Shown piece after piece: positions 1 to 10,237 of a DNA stretch of 64,000 bases. Made by a program: the position numbers and the translations under genes. Within the stretch, counting starts at the first letter, position 1; every line of letters begins with the position of its first letter. A model generated the notes under the pieces. The model had not been told where the DNA came from. It saw only the letters and a program-made list of their open reading frames with translations, and ran no database searches. Origin of the DNA: Cyanobacteriota bacterium (lineage in GTDB: Bacteria > Cyanobacteriota > Cyanobacteriia > PCC-6307 > Cyanobiaceae); the NCBI GenBank assembly GCA_046052125.1, contig JBJOMY010000002.1:288001-352000 (forward strand), given 5' to 3'.

Positions 1-17
1 CTTGTGCAGTTCTTCAT
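1..17 (-). CDS. 5' end of an unidentified gene running off the window (MKNCT...)
   Basis: Minus-strand ATG at 17 preceded by GAGGGGAG; only ~5 codons visible. Confidence 0.35.
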
Positions 18-127
18 GGAGTCTCCCCTCGACGGCCTGCGGGGCAACGGCGGCAACAGCGCGAGCAGCGGCGAGCGTCCAGCGAAACCCGCCCCGTAGA
101 TTCGCCAGTAGACCGTCCCTGCTGCCC

Positions 128-1237
128 GTGGCCCTGTTGTCCTCCCTTCGCCGGCGCCTGGGACACAACCGCCCGGCCATGCAGGACTGGCCGGGCCTGA
201 TCGAGGGCTACCGCAAGTGGTTACCGGTGAGCGACAAAACGCCGGTGATCACGCTGCGTGAAGGTGCCACCCCGCTGATCCCGGCGCCGGTGATCGCCGA
301 GCGGATCGGCAAGGGCGTGAAGGTATTCCTCAAATACGACGGCCTCAACCCCACCGGCTCCTTCAAGGACCGGGGCATGACCATGGCCATCTCCAAGGCC
401 AAGGAGGCCGGCTCGGAAGCGGTGATCTGCGCCAGCACCGGCAACACCTCGGCCGCCGCTGCCGCCTACGCACGCCGGGGTGGCATGAGGGCTTTTGTGC
501 TGATCCCCGATGGCTACGTGGCCCAGGGCAAGCTCGCCCAGGCGCTGCTCTACGGCGCTGAGGTGCTGGCGGTGAAGGGCAACTTCGACCGCGCCCTGGC
601 GATCGTGCAGGAGGTGGCGAACCAATACCCGATCACCCTGGTGAACTCGGTGAACCCCTACCGCCTGCAGGGCCAAAAAACAGCGGCCTTCGAGGTGGTG
701 GATGCCCTGGGCGAAGCCCCCGACTGGCTGTGCATCCCCGTGGGCAACGCCGGCAACATCAGTGCCTACTGGATGGGCTTCAACGAATACAAGGCCGCCG
801 GCCATAGCCGCCGCCTGCCGCGAATGATGGGCTTCCAGGCGGCCGGCTCGGCGCCCCTGGTGCTCGGCCACACCGTGGAGCAACCCGACACGATCGCCAC
901 CGCCATCCGCATCGGCAATCCGGTGAACAAGGAGCGGGCCCTCAAGGCCCGCGCGGAGAGCAACGGCGATTTCATGGCGGTGACCGACGCCGAGATCATC
1001 GAGGCGTACAAGCTGCTCGGCGCCGGAGAAGGCGTGTTCTGCGAGCCCGCCAGTGCAGCATCCGTGGCCGGCCTACTCAAGCGCCGCGAAGAGGTGCCTG
1101 CCGGCGCCATCGTGGTGTGCGTGCTCACCGGCAACGGCCTCAAAGACCCCACCACCGCGATCGAGCACAACGATTCCAAGTTCCACACGGGCCTGGAGCC
1201 GGACACGAGCATCGTTGCGAAGGTGATGGGGTTCTGA
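128..1237 (+). CDS. thrC: Threonine synthase
   Basis: NPTGSFKDRG PLP-lysine motif, ASTGNTS, PVGNAGN; start could instead be ATG 179. Confidence 0.95.
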   Translation: MALLSSLRRRLGHNRPAMQDWPGLIEGYRKWLPVSDKTPVITLREGATPLIPAPVIAERIGKGVKVFLKYDGLNPTGSFKDRGMTMAISKAKEAGSEAVICASTGNTSAAAAAYARRGGMRAFVLIPDGYVAQGKLAQALLYGAEVLAVKGNFDRALAIVQEVANQYPITLVNSVNPYRLQGQKTAAFEVVDALGEAPDWLCIPVGNAGNISAYWMGFNEYKAAGHSRRLPRMMGFQAAGSAPLVLGHTVEQPDTIATAIRIGNPVNKERALKARAESNGDFMAVTDAEIIEAYKLLGAGEGVFCEPASAASVAGLLKRREEVPAGAIVVCVLTGNGLKDPTTAIEHNDSKFHTGLEPDTSIVAKVMGF

Positions 1238-1271
1238 ACCCACCGACCTGAACGAACGAGGGTTTGCGCCC

Positions 1272-1311
1272 GCAAAAAGCCCCGCCGAGGAAACCCGGCG
1301 GGGCTTTTTGC
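1272..1311. terminator. Bidirectional intrinsic terminator
   Basis: GCAAAAAGCCCCGCCG-AGGAAACC-CGGCGGGGCTTTTTGC perfect stem with A/T tracts, just after the thrC stop. Confidence 0.9.
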
Positions 1312-1329
1312 TGCCAGACAACCACCAAA

Positions 1330-1670
1330 GCGTCTGTTCACAGGCTGAGGAAAACCTGCCAGGCCACCCAGGTAAAACTCAGGGTGCCCGACACAGCCTA
1401 AACCCGTGACTTTTCCGCAATCCCGGGAATCAGCGGAAAAGCTCATTTTCCGGATGCGCTCGCTAGGAAATTCACCAGGGTTGTGGAAATGAGATCAATT
1501 GCACTGCAGTGCTTAAGAGGGGTTTTGATCCGTTTCCCCATCCTCTACGGCTACGGATCTGGATTTTGATTTTTAAATCTTTTGATCCAATAGACGTGGT
1601 GTTGGGGAGAAGCGTGGAAACCGCTCGCTCAGCCCGTTGCGCTTCCGGCCCCGTTGTGGAAGCGTGGGGG
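1330..1670. other. oriC: Probable replication origin (oriC)
   Basis: Cluster of degenerate TTTTCCACA-type DnaA boxes (1346, 1411, 1432, 1482, 1532, 1613, 1655), AT-rich tract 1561-1592, directly upstream of dnaN. Confidence 0.75.
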
Positions 1671-1686
1671 CCGCTTTGCCGACACC

Positions 1687-2817
1687 ATGAAGCTGGTCTG
1701 CTCCCAGGCCGAACTCAATGCCAGCCTTCAGCTGGTGAGCCGGGCCGTGGCAGGCAGACCAACCCATCCGGTGCTGGCCAACGTGCTGCTCACCGCCGAT
1801 GCCGGCACCGGTCGCCTCAGCCTCACGGGATTCGACCTGAGCCTCGGCATCCAAACCAGCCTCAGCGCCTCGGTGCACACCAGTGGCGCGATCACCCTGC
1901 CGGCCCGTCTGTTTGGCGAGATTGTCTCCCGCATGCCGGCCGACAGCCCGATCAGCCTCAGCTGTGAGGAGGGCGGCGAGCAGGTGGAGCTCACCAGCGC
2001 CTCAGGCAGCTATCAGATGCGGGGCATGCCCGCTGAAGACTTCCCGGAGCTCCCCCTCGCCCAGGCCGCCACGCCGATCAAGCTTGACCCTGAGGTGTTG
2101 GTGAAAGGCCTGCGGGCCACCCTGTTCGCCAGCAGCAGCGATGAAGCCAAACAGCTGCTCACCGGGGTGCACCTCGGCCTGGATGCCGAAGGGCTCGAGT
2201 GCGCCGCCACCGATGGTCACCGTTTAGCGGTGTTGCGCCTGCAGAACAGCGCCGAGGCGGAGGCCCAGCTCGACGTGACGGTTCCGGCCCGCTCCCTGCG
2301 GGAGTTGGAGCGGTTGCTCTCCAGCCGGGGCGGCGGTGATCCCGTGAGCCTGTTCTGTGATCGCGGCCAGGTGGTGTTCCAGTGGGCCGATCAGGTGCTC
2401 ACCAGCCGCAGCCTGGATGGCACCTATCCCAACTACCGCCAGTTGATCCCGGAAAGCTTCGGCCGCAGCCTCAGGCTGGATCGCAAGGGGTTGCTCAGCG
2501 CCCTGGAACGGGTGGCGGTGCTGGCCGATCAGCACAACAACGTGGTGAAGATCAGCAGCGATCCCGCCGCCGGTCAGCTGGCCATCAGTGCCGACGCCCA
2601 GGACGTGGGCAGCGGTTCCGAATCAATCGCCGCCGACGTAAGCGGTGAGGCGATTCAAATCGCCTTCAACGTGCGCTACGTGCTCGAGGGCTTGAAGGCG
2701 ATGAGCGCCGAGCGGGTGGAGGTGCGCTGCAACGCCCCCACCACGCCGGTGGTGCTGGCGCCGGAGGATGAATCAGCCTTCACCTATCTGGTGATGCCGG
2801 TGCAGATCCGCCAGTGA
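1687..2817 (+). CDS. dnaN: DNA polymerase III beta clamp
   Basis: MKLVCSQAELN start, ATDGHRL, YPNYRQLIP, YLVMPV C-terminus. Confidence 0.97.
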   Translation: MKLVCSQAELNASLQLVSRAVAGRPTHPVLANVLLTADAGTGRLSLTGFDLSLGIQTSLSASVHTSGAITLPARLFGEIVSRMPADSPISLSCEEGGEQVELTSASGSYQMRGMPAEDFPELPLAQAATPIKLDPEVLVKGLRATLFASSSDEAKQLLTGVHLGLDAEGLECAATDGHRLAVLRLQNSAEAEAQLDVTVPARSLRELERLLSSRGGGDPVSLFCDRGQVVFQWADQVLTSRSLDGTYPNYRQLIPESFGRSLRLDRKGLLSALERVAVLADQHNNVVKISSDPAAGQLAISADAQDVGSGSESIAADVSGEAIQIAFNVRYVLEGLKAMSAERVEVRCNAPTTPVVLAPEDESAFTYLVMPVQIRQ

Positions 2818-3605
2818 GCCTGCCGGAGCAACTGCTGCTCAGCGACCTGCTGCGCCGCCGCGTGCGCTGCGATCAGGGCATCGACCATGGCCCGGGAGCC
2901 GTTGCCTGGATGCATCCGCCGGTGCATCGGCTGCTGGGCTGGATCAGCAAACCGTCAACCTTTGGCGATCGTCGCCAGGCCTGGCGGCTCGATCAGTTGC
3001 GCGGGCTGGGTGAGTTGGAGGCCCTGGTGCAGGGCGATCCCGCCGACACCGACCTCCCCACCGTCGACCGCCTGCCCACTCTGATCGAGGCAGCGGTGCT
3101 CGATCGCCGCGGTGAACCGATCGGCACCGTGGCCGATGCCGCCGTGGAGCTCGGCACCGGCCAGATCCTCCACTACCTGGTGTCCCGCAGCGACCCGCGT
3201 CTGCCCGGCAGCAGCCGCTGGCGCCTCAGCCCTGAGCGCATCAGCGATCAGCAGCCCGGCCAGGTGTTCACAGGCCTGAGCGGGCTCGATGATCTGCCGT
3301 TGGCCCGCGCCAGCGTGCGCCAGGAGTTTCTGCGCCGTGGCCGCCGCTGGCGCGATCAGCTGCAGGAGGAAACCGAGCGATTGCGCGACCAGTTCCAACA
3401 GGCCGGCGATCGCTTCGAGGAGCGCTTGGAGGGCTGGATCGAGGAGGAACCGGTCTGGGAGCGGCAGCCCGACCAGCCTCAGCGCCCTCGACGGCCAGTT
3501 GAAGCTTGGGATGATTGGGATGACGACCGGGATTCCTACGACGCACCGCCCGCCCGGTCACGCCCCCAGCGGCCGGGCGGGCAAGACGATGATCCCTGGC
3601 TCTGA
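2814..3605 (+). CDS. PRC-barrel-like conserved picocyanobacterial protein
   Basis: Overlaps dnaN stop; WMHPPVHRLLGW motif; acidic tail ending DDPW, as in the gene that usually follows dnaN in this group. Confidence 0.75.
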   Translation: MSLPEQLLLSDLLRRRVRCDQGIDHGPGAVAWMHPPVHRLLGWISKPSTFGDRRQAWRLDQLRGLGELEALVQGDPADTDLPTVDRLPTLIEAAVLDRRGEPIGTVADAAVELGTGQILHYLVSRSDPRLPGSSRWRLSPERISDQQPGQVFTGLSGLDDLPLARASVRQEFLRRGRRWRDQLQEETERLRDQFQQAGDRFEERLEGWIEEEPVWERQPDQPQRPRRPVEAWDDWDDDRDSYDAPPARSRPQRPGGQDDDPWL

Positions 3606-3615
3606 GGGCTGAACC

Positions 3616-4818
3616 ATGTGTTACGGCTGCTTCCAGCGATCCGGTGATGCGGCTCAGGTGGGTTTGTCCCACGGGCTGGGTTCGGCCACCGAGTTGCGCA
3701 GCATCCATCCTGAGCTGCTGATCGCGCCCGACTTCCGCGACTTCACCACCCAGCTGGTGGTTCCCCCCGATGGAGTGCTGGATCTCTACCTGCATCGCCC
3801 CGCCGGAGCGGCCTGGGTGCAGGGCGGAGATTTTGGGGCCCAGTGGATCAACACCATGGCCATGGACGATGGCCTGCATGGATTTCTGCAGACTGCCCTC
3901 GGCCAGCTCGACGATCTGATCCAGCTCGACTTTCGCTTCACCGATCAGGTGGATCAAGCCGATCTGCGGCTGTATCTCGACACGGAGATCAATCTGGGTG
4001 ACGACGGCGTCGCCCTCGGGATCGCCCTCTCCAACAGCGTGGCGGATCGCCACTTCTGGGAGCTGTTCATCAACACCCCCGCCTTTGCGGATCAGGAGCT
4101 CTATCTGCGTTACGCGCTCCTGCACGAGATCGGCCACGCCCTCGGCCTCGAACACCCCTTTGATCGTTCCGATGGCGATGTGTTCGTGAGTGGGGTGCCG
4201 GCCTGGAGCGCTTTCCCCGAGGAAACGCTGATGGCCTACCGCGATCCTCTACTGGGGGAGTGGCCCACCTGGTTTTCCAGCAACGACATTCGGGCGCTGC
4301 AGCGCATCTGGGGGATGGAGACGGATGTGGATCCCTTGGCGCAGCGCTGGCCGCAACGCCTGATCGGCAGCAACGAGCCCGATCGCCTCACCGGCGGTCT
4401 GGCCGGCGATCTGCTCCTCGGCCATGGCGGCCACGACATCCTGATCGGCGGCGCTGGCGCCGATGAACTGTGGGGTGGGCGCGGCAGCAATCGCTTCAGC
4501 AGTGCGCCCGATGGGGCCGTGGATTGGCTGTTGATCACGCCTGATGGCTCCGCCAAACGCCGGGTGGCCGGTCGCAGCATTGACGTGATTGAGGTGCTCG
4601 GCAGCGAAGATCGTGTGGCGGTGCTGGGGGCCAGCACCCAGGAGCTGCGGGTGCGGCGGATCAAGCTCAACAGCACAGAACACGGCAGCCTGAGCGGCCT
4701 CGGAATCAGCATCGGCAAGCAGCTCGAGGCCATCTACACCGGCGATCTGTTGCAACGCCGGCAGCTGCAGGCCTGTCTGCTGGGGGTGCCGGAAGGCTTC
4801 GCGGGCAGCTGGGGATGA
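3616..4818 (+). CDS. Metzincin (M10/serralysin-like) zinc metalloprotease with RTX-like Ca-binding repeats
   Basis: [11 protein letters not shown] zinc motif, Met-turn TLMAY, repeats GGLAGD/GHGGHD/GGAGAD. Confidence 0.8.
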   Translation: MCYGCFQRSGDAAQVGLSHGLGSATELRSIHPELLIAPDFRDFTTQLVVPPDGVLDLYLHRPAGAAWVQGGDFGAQWINTMAMDDGLHGFLQTALGQLDDLIQLDFRFTDQVDQADLRLYLDTEINLGDDGVALGIALSNSVADRHFWELFINTPAFADQELYLRYALLHEIGHALGLEHPFDRSDGDVFVSGVPAWSAFPEETLMAYRDPLLGEWPTWFSSNDIRALQRIWGMETDVDPLAQRWPQRLIGSNEPDRLTGGLAGDLLLGHGGHDILIGGAGADELWGGRGSNRFSSAPDGAVDWLLITPDGSAKRRVAGRSIDVIEVLGSEDRVAVLGASTQELRVRRIKLNSTEHGSLSGLGISIGKQLEAIYTGDLLQRRQLQACLLGVPEGFAGSWG

Positions 4819-4855
4819 CGCTCGGCGACACTGGAACGATCTGCATGCACGTGTT

Positions 4856-7234
4856 GTGGTGGCCGCTGCTGAGTCGAACTACTCCGTGCCCGAGGCGCTG
4901 AAGAAGGAGAACCTCAGCCAGGCGGATTACGACGAGATCTGTCGCCGCCTCGGCCGCGCCCCCAACCGCGCTGAGCTGGGCATGTTCGGGGTGATGTGGT
5001 CGGAGCACTGCTGCTATCGCAACTCGCGGCCGCTGCTCCAGGGCTTCCCCACCACCGGCCCCCGCATCCTGGTGGGCCCCGGCGAGAACGCCGGCGTTGT
5101 GGATCTGGGTGAAGGCCAGCGCCTGGCGTTCAAGATCGAGAGCCACAACCACCCCTCGGCGGTGGAGCCGTTCCAGGGCGCCGCCACCGGCGTGGGCGGC
5201 ATCCTGCGCGACATTTTCACCATGGGCGCCCGGCCGATCGCCCTGCTCAATGCCCTGCGCTTCGGGCCCCTGGAGGATGAGCGCAATGTGGGCCTGATGG
5301 AGGGCGTGGTGGCCGGCATCGCCCACTACGGCAACTGCGTGGGCGTGCCCACCGTGGGCGGTGAGGTGGCCTTCGACCCCAGCTATTCCGGCAACCCGCT
5401 GGTGAATGCCATGGCCCTCGGGCTCATGGAAACCGACGACATCGTCTGCTCCGGCGCCGAGGGCGTGGGCTATCCGGTGGTTTACGTGGGCAGCACCACC
5501 GGCCGCGATGGCATGGGCGGCGCCAGCTTCGCCTCGGCCGAACTCACCGAGGCCTCCCTCGACGATCGCCCGGCCGTGCAGGTGGGTGACCCCTTCCTGG
5601 AGAAGGGTCTGATCGAGGCCTGCCTTGAGGCCTTCCAGACCGGTGATGTGGTGGCGGCGCAGGACATGGGCGCCGCCGGCCTCACCTGCAGCTGCTCGGA
5701 GATGGCCGCCAAGGGGGGCCTGGGCATCGAGCTGGATCTCGATCGGGTGCCCGCCCGTGAGGCCGGCATGACCCCCTACGAGTTTCTGCTCAGTGAATCC
5801 CAGGAGCGGATGTTGTTTGTGGTGAAGCCCGGGCGCGAGCAGGCCCTGATGCAGAGCTTCACCCGCTGGGGCTTGCAGGCTGCGGTGGTGGGCCGCGTGC
5901 TCGAAGACAACATCGTGCGCGTGCTCCAGAACGGTGAGGTGGCCGCTGAAGTGCCCGCCAGCGCCCTGGCCGACGACACCCCGATCAACCGCCACGCGCT
6001 GATCAGCGAACCCCCGGCGGAGATCCAGGCCCACTGGCGCTGGAGCGAAGCCCAGCTGCCCGCCGCCAGCGTGAACGGCATCACCCCCGCCGGCGCCACG
6101 GCGCTCAGCTGGAACGACGCCCTGCTGCAGCTGCTCGACGACCCCACCATCGCCTCCAAGCGCTGGGTGTATCGCCAATACGACCACCAGGTGCAGGCCA
6201 ACACCGTGATCCCCCCCGGTGGTGCCGATGCCGCGGTGGTGCGGCTGCGTCCCCAGGCCAGCAGCGCTGCGGCCAACCGCGGTGTGGCCGCCGTGGTGGA
6301 TTGCCCCAACCGCTGGGTGGCCCTCGATCCCGAGCGCGGCGGCATGGCCGCGGTGGCCGAGGCGGCCCGCAACCTCAGCTGCGTGGGCGCCGAGCCCCTG
6401 GCTGTCACGGACAACCTCAACTTCCCCTCACCGGAAACGCCCACCGGCTACTGGCAGCTGGCCCTGGCCTGCCGCGGCCTCTCGGCCGCCTGCTCGGCCC
6501 TCGATACCCCCGTCACCGGTGGCAACGTCTCCCTCTACAACGAAACGCGCCTGCCGGATGGGCGCATGCAGCCGATCCACCCCACGCCAGTGGTGGGCAT
6601 GGTGGGTCTGGTGCACGACCTCGCTCAGGTGCGCGGCCAGGCCTGGCGCGAAGTGGGCGATGCGATCTGGTTGCTCGGCGTGCCGTTGGAAGCGGGGGAG
6701 ACTCCCGCCGACCCCCGCTTGAGCCTGGCCGGCAGCAGCTATCTGGAGCGGGTGCATGGAGCCGTCACGGGGCGCCCGCCCGAAATTGATCTGGATCTGG
6801 AGCGCTCGGTGCAGGGTTTCCTGCGCCAGGCGATCGCCGCCGGCCTGGTGCGCTCCGCCCACGACCTCAGCGATGGCGGCCTCGCTGTGGCTGCCGCGGA
6901 AGCCTCGATCGCCAGCGGTCTCGGCGCCCATCTGGAGATCCCTGCCAGCGTTACCCGTGTGGATCGCCTGCTCTTCGCGGAAGGCGGCGCCCGCATCCTG
7001 GTGAGCGTGGCTCCGGCGCAGACCGTCGCTTGGCAGGAGGCATTGGATGCTGCGAACGCCACCAACGCCGGCTCCGTTCCCGCCCAGTGCATTGGCGTGG
7101 TGGCAGCCGAAACGGAGCTGCAGATCCAACAGGCCGGCCAGGCGCTGCTGCGTTTGCCGGTGGCCCAGATGGCGTCTCAGTTCGAGCAGGCCATCCCCCG
7201 CCGCATGGGCGTTGATCTGCCTCCCACAGCGTGA
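4856..7234 (+). CDS. purL: Phosphoribosylformylglycinamidine synthase subunit PurL
   Basis: [31 protein letters not shown]. Confidence 0.97.
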   Translation: MVAAAESNYSVPEALKKENLSQADYDEICRRLGRAPNRAELGMFGVMWSEHCCYRNSRPLLQGFPTTGPRILVGPGENAGVVDLGEGQRLAFKIESHNHPSAVEPFQGAATGVGGILRDIFTMGARPIALLNALRFGPLEDERNVGLMEGVVAGIAHYGNCVGVPTVGGEVAFDPSYSGNPLVNAMALGLMETDDIVCSGAEGVGYPVVYVGSTTGRDGMGGASFASAELTEASLDDRPAVQVGDPFLEKGLIEACLEAFQTGDVVAAQDMGAAGLTCSCSEMAAKGGLGIELDLDRVPAREAGMTPYEFLLSESQERMLFVVKPGREQALMQSFTRWGLQAAVVGRVLEDNIVRVLQNGEVAAEVPASALADDTPINRHALISEPPAEIQAHWRWSEAQLPAASVNGITPAGATALSWNDALLQLLDDPTIASKRWVYRQYDHQVQANTVIPPGGADAAVVRLRPQASSAAANRGVAAVVDCPNRWVALDPERGGMAAVAEAARNLSCVGAEPLAVTDNLNFPSPETPTGYWQLALACRGLSAACSALDTPVTGGNVSLYNETRLPDGRMQPIHPTPVVGMVGLVHDLAQVRGQAWREVGDAIWLLGVPLEAGETPADPRLSLAGSSYLERVHGAVTGRPPEIDLDLERSVQGFLRQAIAAGLVRSAHDLSDGGLAVAAAEASIASGLGAHLEIPASVTRVDRLLFAEGGARILVSVAPAQTVAWQEALDAANATNAGSVPAQCIGVVAAETELQIQQAGQALLRLPVAQMASQFEQAIPRRMGVDLPPTA

Positions 7235-8871
7235 GCCTGGGTCCCGGCACGAGCACACCCCTGATGCACAATGCTGAAACAAACCCGATGGTGGGAACTG
7301 CGGTGACCGACGTGCACTCCGGCTCACTCCCCACCACCGAGTTCGGCACTCACGCGGCTCCCCAAGAGCAAGCCTGCGAACGACCCGACAAGCCGGAAGA
7401 GGCCTGCGGCGTGTTTGCGGTGCTCGCCGCCGATCAGCCGGTGGCCAACCTCACCTATTTCGGCCTCTACGCCCTGCAGCACCGCGGTCAGGAGTCGGCT
7501 GGCATTGCGGTGTTTGACGCTGCATCAGCCGGGGATCAGGCGGCTTCCGGTGCGACCTCCGGCCCCAAGGTGCGCATGCACAAGGACATGGGCCTGGTGA
7601 GCCAGGTGTTCGATCAAGGCGTGCTTGAGCGCCTGCCTGGTCAGCTGGCGATCGGCCACAACCGCTATTCCACCACCGGCAGCAGCAAGGCCTGCAATGC
7701 CCAGCCGGTGTTGCTCAACACCCGTCTCGGCCCGCTCGCCTTCGCCCACAACGGCAACCTGGTGAATGCCGGCGAACTGCGCGAAGCGATCTCCGCCGAC
7801 ATCCCGGAAGTGGAGTTCACCTCCACCACCGATTCCGAGCTGATTGCCTTCGCGATTCAGCATGCGGTGAATCAGGGCCTGGGCTGGGATGCGGCGATCC
7901 GCGAGGCCGCCGGTCGCTGCCGCGGCGCCTTCAGCTTGGTGATTGGCACCCCTGAGGGTTTGTATGCCCTGCGCGATGGCCACGGCATCCGGCCGCTGGT
8001 GTTCGGCCACATGGGCGAGCTCAGCGAGGCCCAGTGGGTGGTGAGCAGCGAAACCTGCGGGCTCGACATCATCGGCGCAAGCTTCGATGGCGATGTGGAG
8101 CCTGGTGAGATCATGCATTTCCGCTTGGGTGATCCCGAACCCACGCGCAGCCGCTGGACCACGGAGCCCGCCAAGCTCTGTGTGTTCGAGATGATCTATT
8201 TCGCCCGGCCCGACAGCCGCTTCTTTGGCGAATCGCTCTACAGCTACCGGGTGCGCATCGGCGAAGTCCTGGCCCGTGAAACCCCCGTGGCGGCCGACAT
8301 CGTGATCGGCGTGCCCGACTCGGGGATCCCGGCAGCGATCGGCTATTCGCAGTTCAGCGGCATCCCCTTCGGCGACGGCCTGATCAAGAACCGCTACGTG
8401 GGCCGCACCTTCATCCAACCCACCCAGGCGATGCGCGAAGCCGGTATCCGCGTGAAGCTCAACCCCTTGCCTGATGTGCTTGCTGGCAAGCGCGTGGTGG
8501 TGATCGACGACTCGATCGTGCGCGGCACCACCAGCCGCAAGCTCGTGGCTGCCATTCGGGATGCCGGTGCCACCGAGGTGCACATGCGCATCAGCTCACC
8601 TCCAGTGACGCACCCCTGCTTCTACGGGATCGACACCGACACCCAGGACCAGCTGATCGCCGCCCGCCTCACCCTTGAGGAGATTGCCGCTCATCTGGGC
8701 GTGGATTCGCTGGCTTACCTCACCAAGGAAGGCATGGTGGAAGCGGCCCAGGCCAATGCCTCACACTTCTGCACCGCCTGCTTCGACGGCGCCTACCCGA
8801 TCGAGATGGATGAAAGCGTGAGCGGTAGCAAGCTGATGCTGGAGCCGAAGGGGATTGCGGCAACGCTGTAA
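7231..8871 (+). CDS. purF: Amidophosphoribosyltransferase
   Basis: [25 protein letters not shown]; true start may be ATG 7264 or 7288. Confidence 0.95.
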   Translation: MSLGPGTSTPLMHNAETNPMVGTAVTDVHSGSLPTTEFGTHAAPQEQACERPDKPEEACGVFAVLAADQPVANLTYFGLYALQHRGQESAGIAVFDAASAGDQAASGATSGPKVRMHKDMGLVSQVFDQGVLERLPGQLAIGHNRYSTTGSSKACNAQPVLLNTRLGPLAFAHNGNLVNAGELREAISADIPEVEFTSTTDSELIAFAIQHAVNQGLGWDAAIREAAGRCRGAFSLVIGTPEGLYALRDGHGIRPLVFGHMGELSEAQWVVSSETCGLDIIGASFDGDVEPGEIMHFRLGDPEPTRSRWTTEPAKLCVFEMIYFARPDSRFFGESLYSYRVRIGEVLARETPVAADIVIGVPDSGIPAAIGYSQFSGIPFGDGLIKNRYVGRTFIQPTQAMREAGIRVKLNPLPDVLAGKRVVVIDDSIVRGTTSRKLVAAIRDAGATEVHMRISSPPVTHPCFYGIDTDTQDQLIAARLTLEEIAAHLGVDSLAYLTKEGMVEAAQANASHFCTACFDGAYPIEMDESVSGSKLMLEPKGIAATL

Positions 8872-8901
8872 TCAACACCCTTCTGAATCAACGGTGCGTC
8901 T

Positions 8902-10230
8902 CTAGCGACCAGCCGCCTTGAGCACGATTTTGATCGTTTTGAGCAGGATTAGAAGATCGAGCCAAATCGATGCATTGCGTAGGTAGAAGAGGTCGTAGCT
9001 GAGTTTGATCTCAGAATCGTCAATGCTTGAGGCGTAGGACATATTCACTTGGGCCCAACCGCTTAATCCAGGACGCATCCAGTGGCGCAGCTTGTAGTTG
9101 GGGATCTGTTGCTCGAGGATGTGCTCCAGTTCTGGACGCTCCGGCCGAGGACCGATCAAGCTCATTTCGCCGCGCAACACATTGATCAGCTGAGGTAGTT
9201 CATCGAGGCGCGTACGCCGTAACCAGTAACCAATAGGTGTTATTCGTTGATCACTTTTTGTTGCCCACTGGGCGCCATTGGATTCTGAATCAACGCTCAT
9301 CGTGCGGATCTTGAGCACGTTGAATGGCTGACCCAGTAGGCCTGAGCGTTGCTGGCGGTAGATCACGGGACCCCCGTCCTGTAATTTCACCAGCGTCAGT
9401 GCCAATAGCGCCAGTGGTGCGCTCAGTAGGAGCAGCATCACGCTCACCACAACATCGGCATAGCGCTTGAGCTGTTTTTGCAAACTCGTGCGTTGCCCAT
9501 CAATGCTGGCTGAGAACAGCAGCCATTGGCTCTCAATCCACCGGGTCGGAATGCGCTGTAGTTCTTGTTCAGCGAGTTCAACCAGTGAAAAGACGGGCTG
9601 TCCGCGGTTGACGGCTTCCTGGCAGAACCCCTGAAGCGAAGGATCGTTGATTACGCCAGCGCTGAGAGCTAATGCTTCTCCATCCAGAAGATTGGCCTTG
9701 GTTGTTCCTGGGATGAGCTCTGTGATGTCTGGTATCAAGCCAGCGGATCCCATGTTTTGACGCCATTCTCGAACCAGGGTGGGAATTTCTTGTGGCAAGG
9801 CCAAGATGTGCCAGCGACCTTGATGTGCGTCCGGCCGGCTCAGCCGTCGGAGTAACACACGGACCAATGCGCTCCACAGGCTCAACAGCACAAACAATGG
9901 GATCAGGCTGCTGCGGAAGAACAGATCGCTAGTGATCTGAAGCCTGAAGAGGTAGCTGAATACGGCGGCTGTGGCGATGCTGGCTAAGGCCGTGATTCCC
10001 AACCTGGCCAAGATCTGTGTCCAGGTGAACCTCCTAAGTTTTAAGAGTGTGTACGAGCCGAACAGCCAGCCGAGGCTGCAGTAGATCAGCGCTAGTGCTA
10101 ATAGCGGCGCACTTTGTGTGAAGACCGTCCGTACGTTGACGGTCCCGATCACAATCGCCATGACCCAAAGCCCCACCCCATCCAGGAGAGCGGCCGCCAG
10201 GAGCGGAATTCGGTGTCTGGCCCAGGGCAT
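8902..10230 (-). CDS. Polyprenyl-phosphate sugar-1-phosphate transferase (WcaJ/WbaP-like)
   Basis: N-terminal TM segments; KRYADVV, KIRTM, RLDELPQL, GEMSLIGPRPE, RPGLSGWAQV. Confidence 0.9.
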   Translation of the reverse strand: MPWARHRIPLLAAALLDGVGLWVMAIVIGTVNVRTVFTQSAPLLALALIYCSLGWLFGSYTLLKLRRFTWTQILARLGITALASIATAAVFSYLFRLQITSDLFFRSSLIPLFVLLSLWSALVRVLLRRLSRPDAHQGRWHILALPQEIPTLVREWRQNMGSAGLIPDITELIPGTTKANLLDGEALALSAGVINDPSLQGFCQEAVNRGQPVFSLVELAEQELQRIPTRWIESQWLLFSASIDGQRTSLQKQLKRYADVVVSVMLLLLSAPLALLALTLVKLQDGGPVIYRQQRSGLLGQPFNVLKIRTMSVDSESNGAQWATKSDQRITPIGYWLRRTRLDELPQLINVLRGEMSLIGPRPERPELEHILEQQIPNYKLRHWMRPGLSGWAQVNMSYASSIDDSEIKLSYDLFYLRNASIWLDLLILLKTIKIVLKAAGR

Positions 10231-10237
10231 TGCTATT

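Noticed and set aside
4706..6187. Long antisense ORFs (also 23140-24522, 30588-32009, 51633-52874)
   Set aside because: Shadow frames of high-GC genes with no recognisable motifs.
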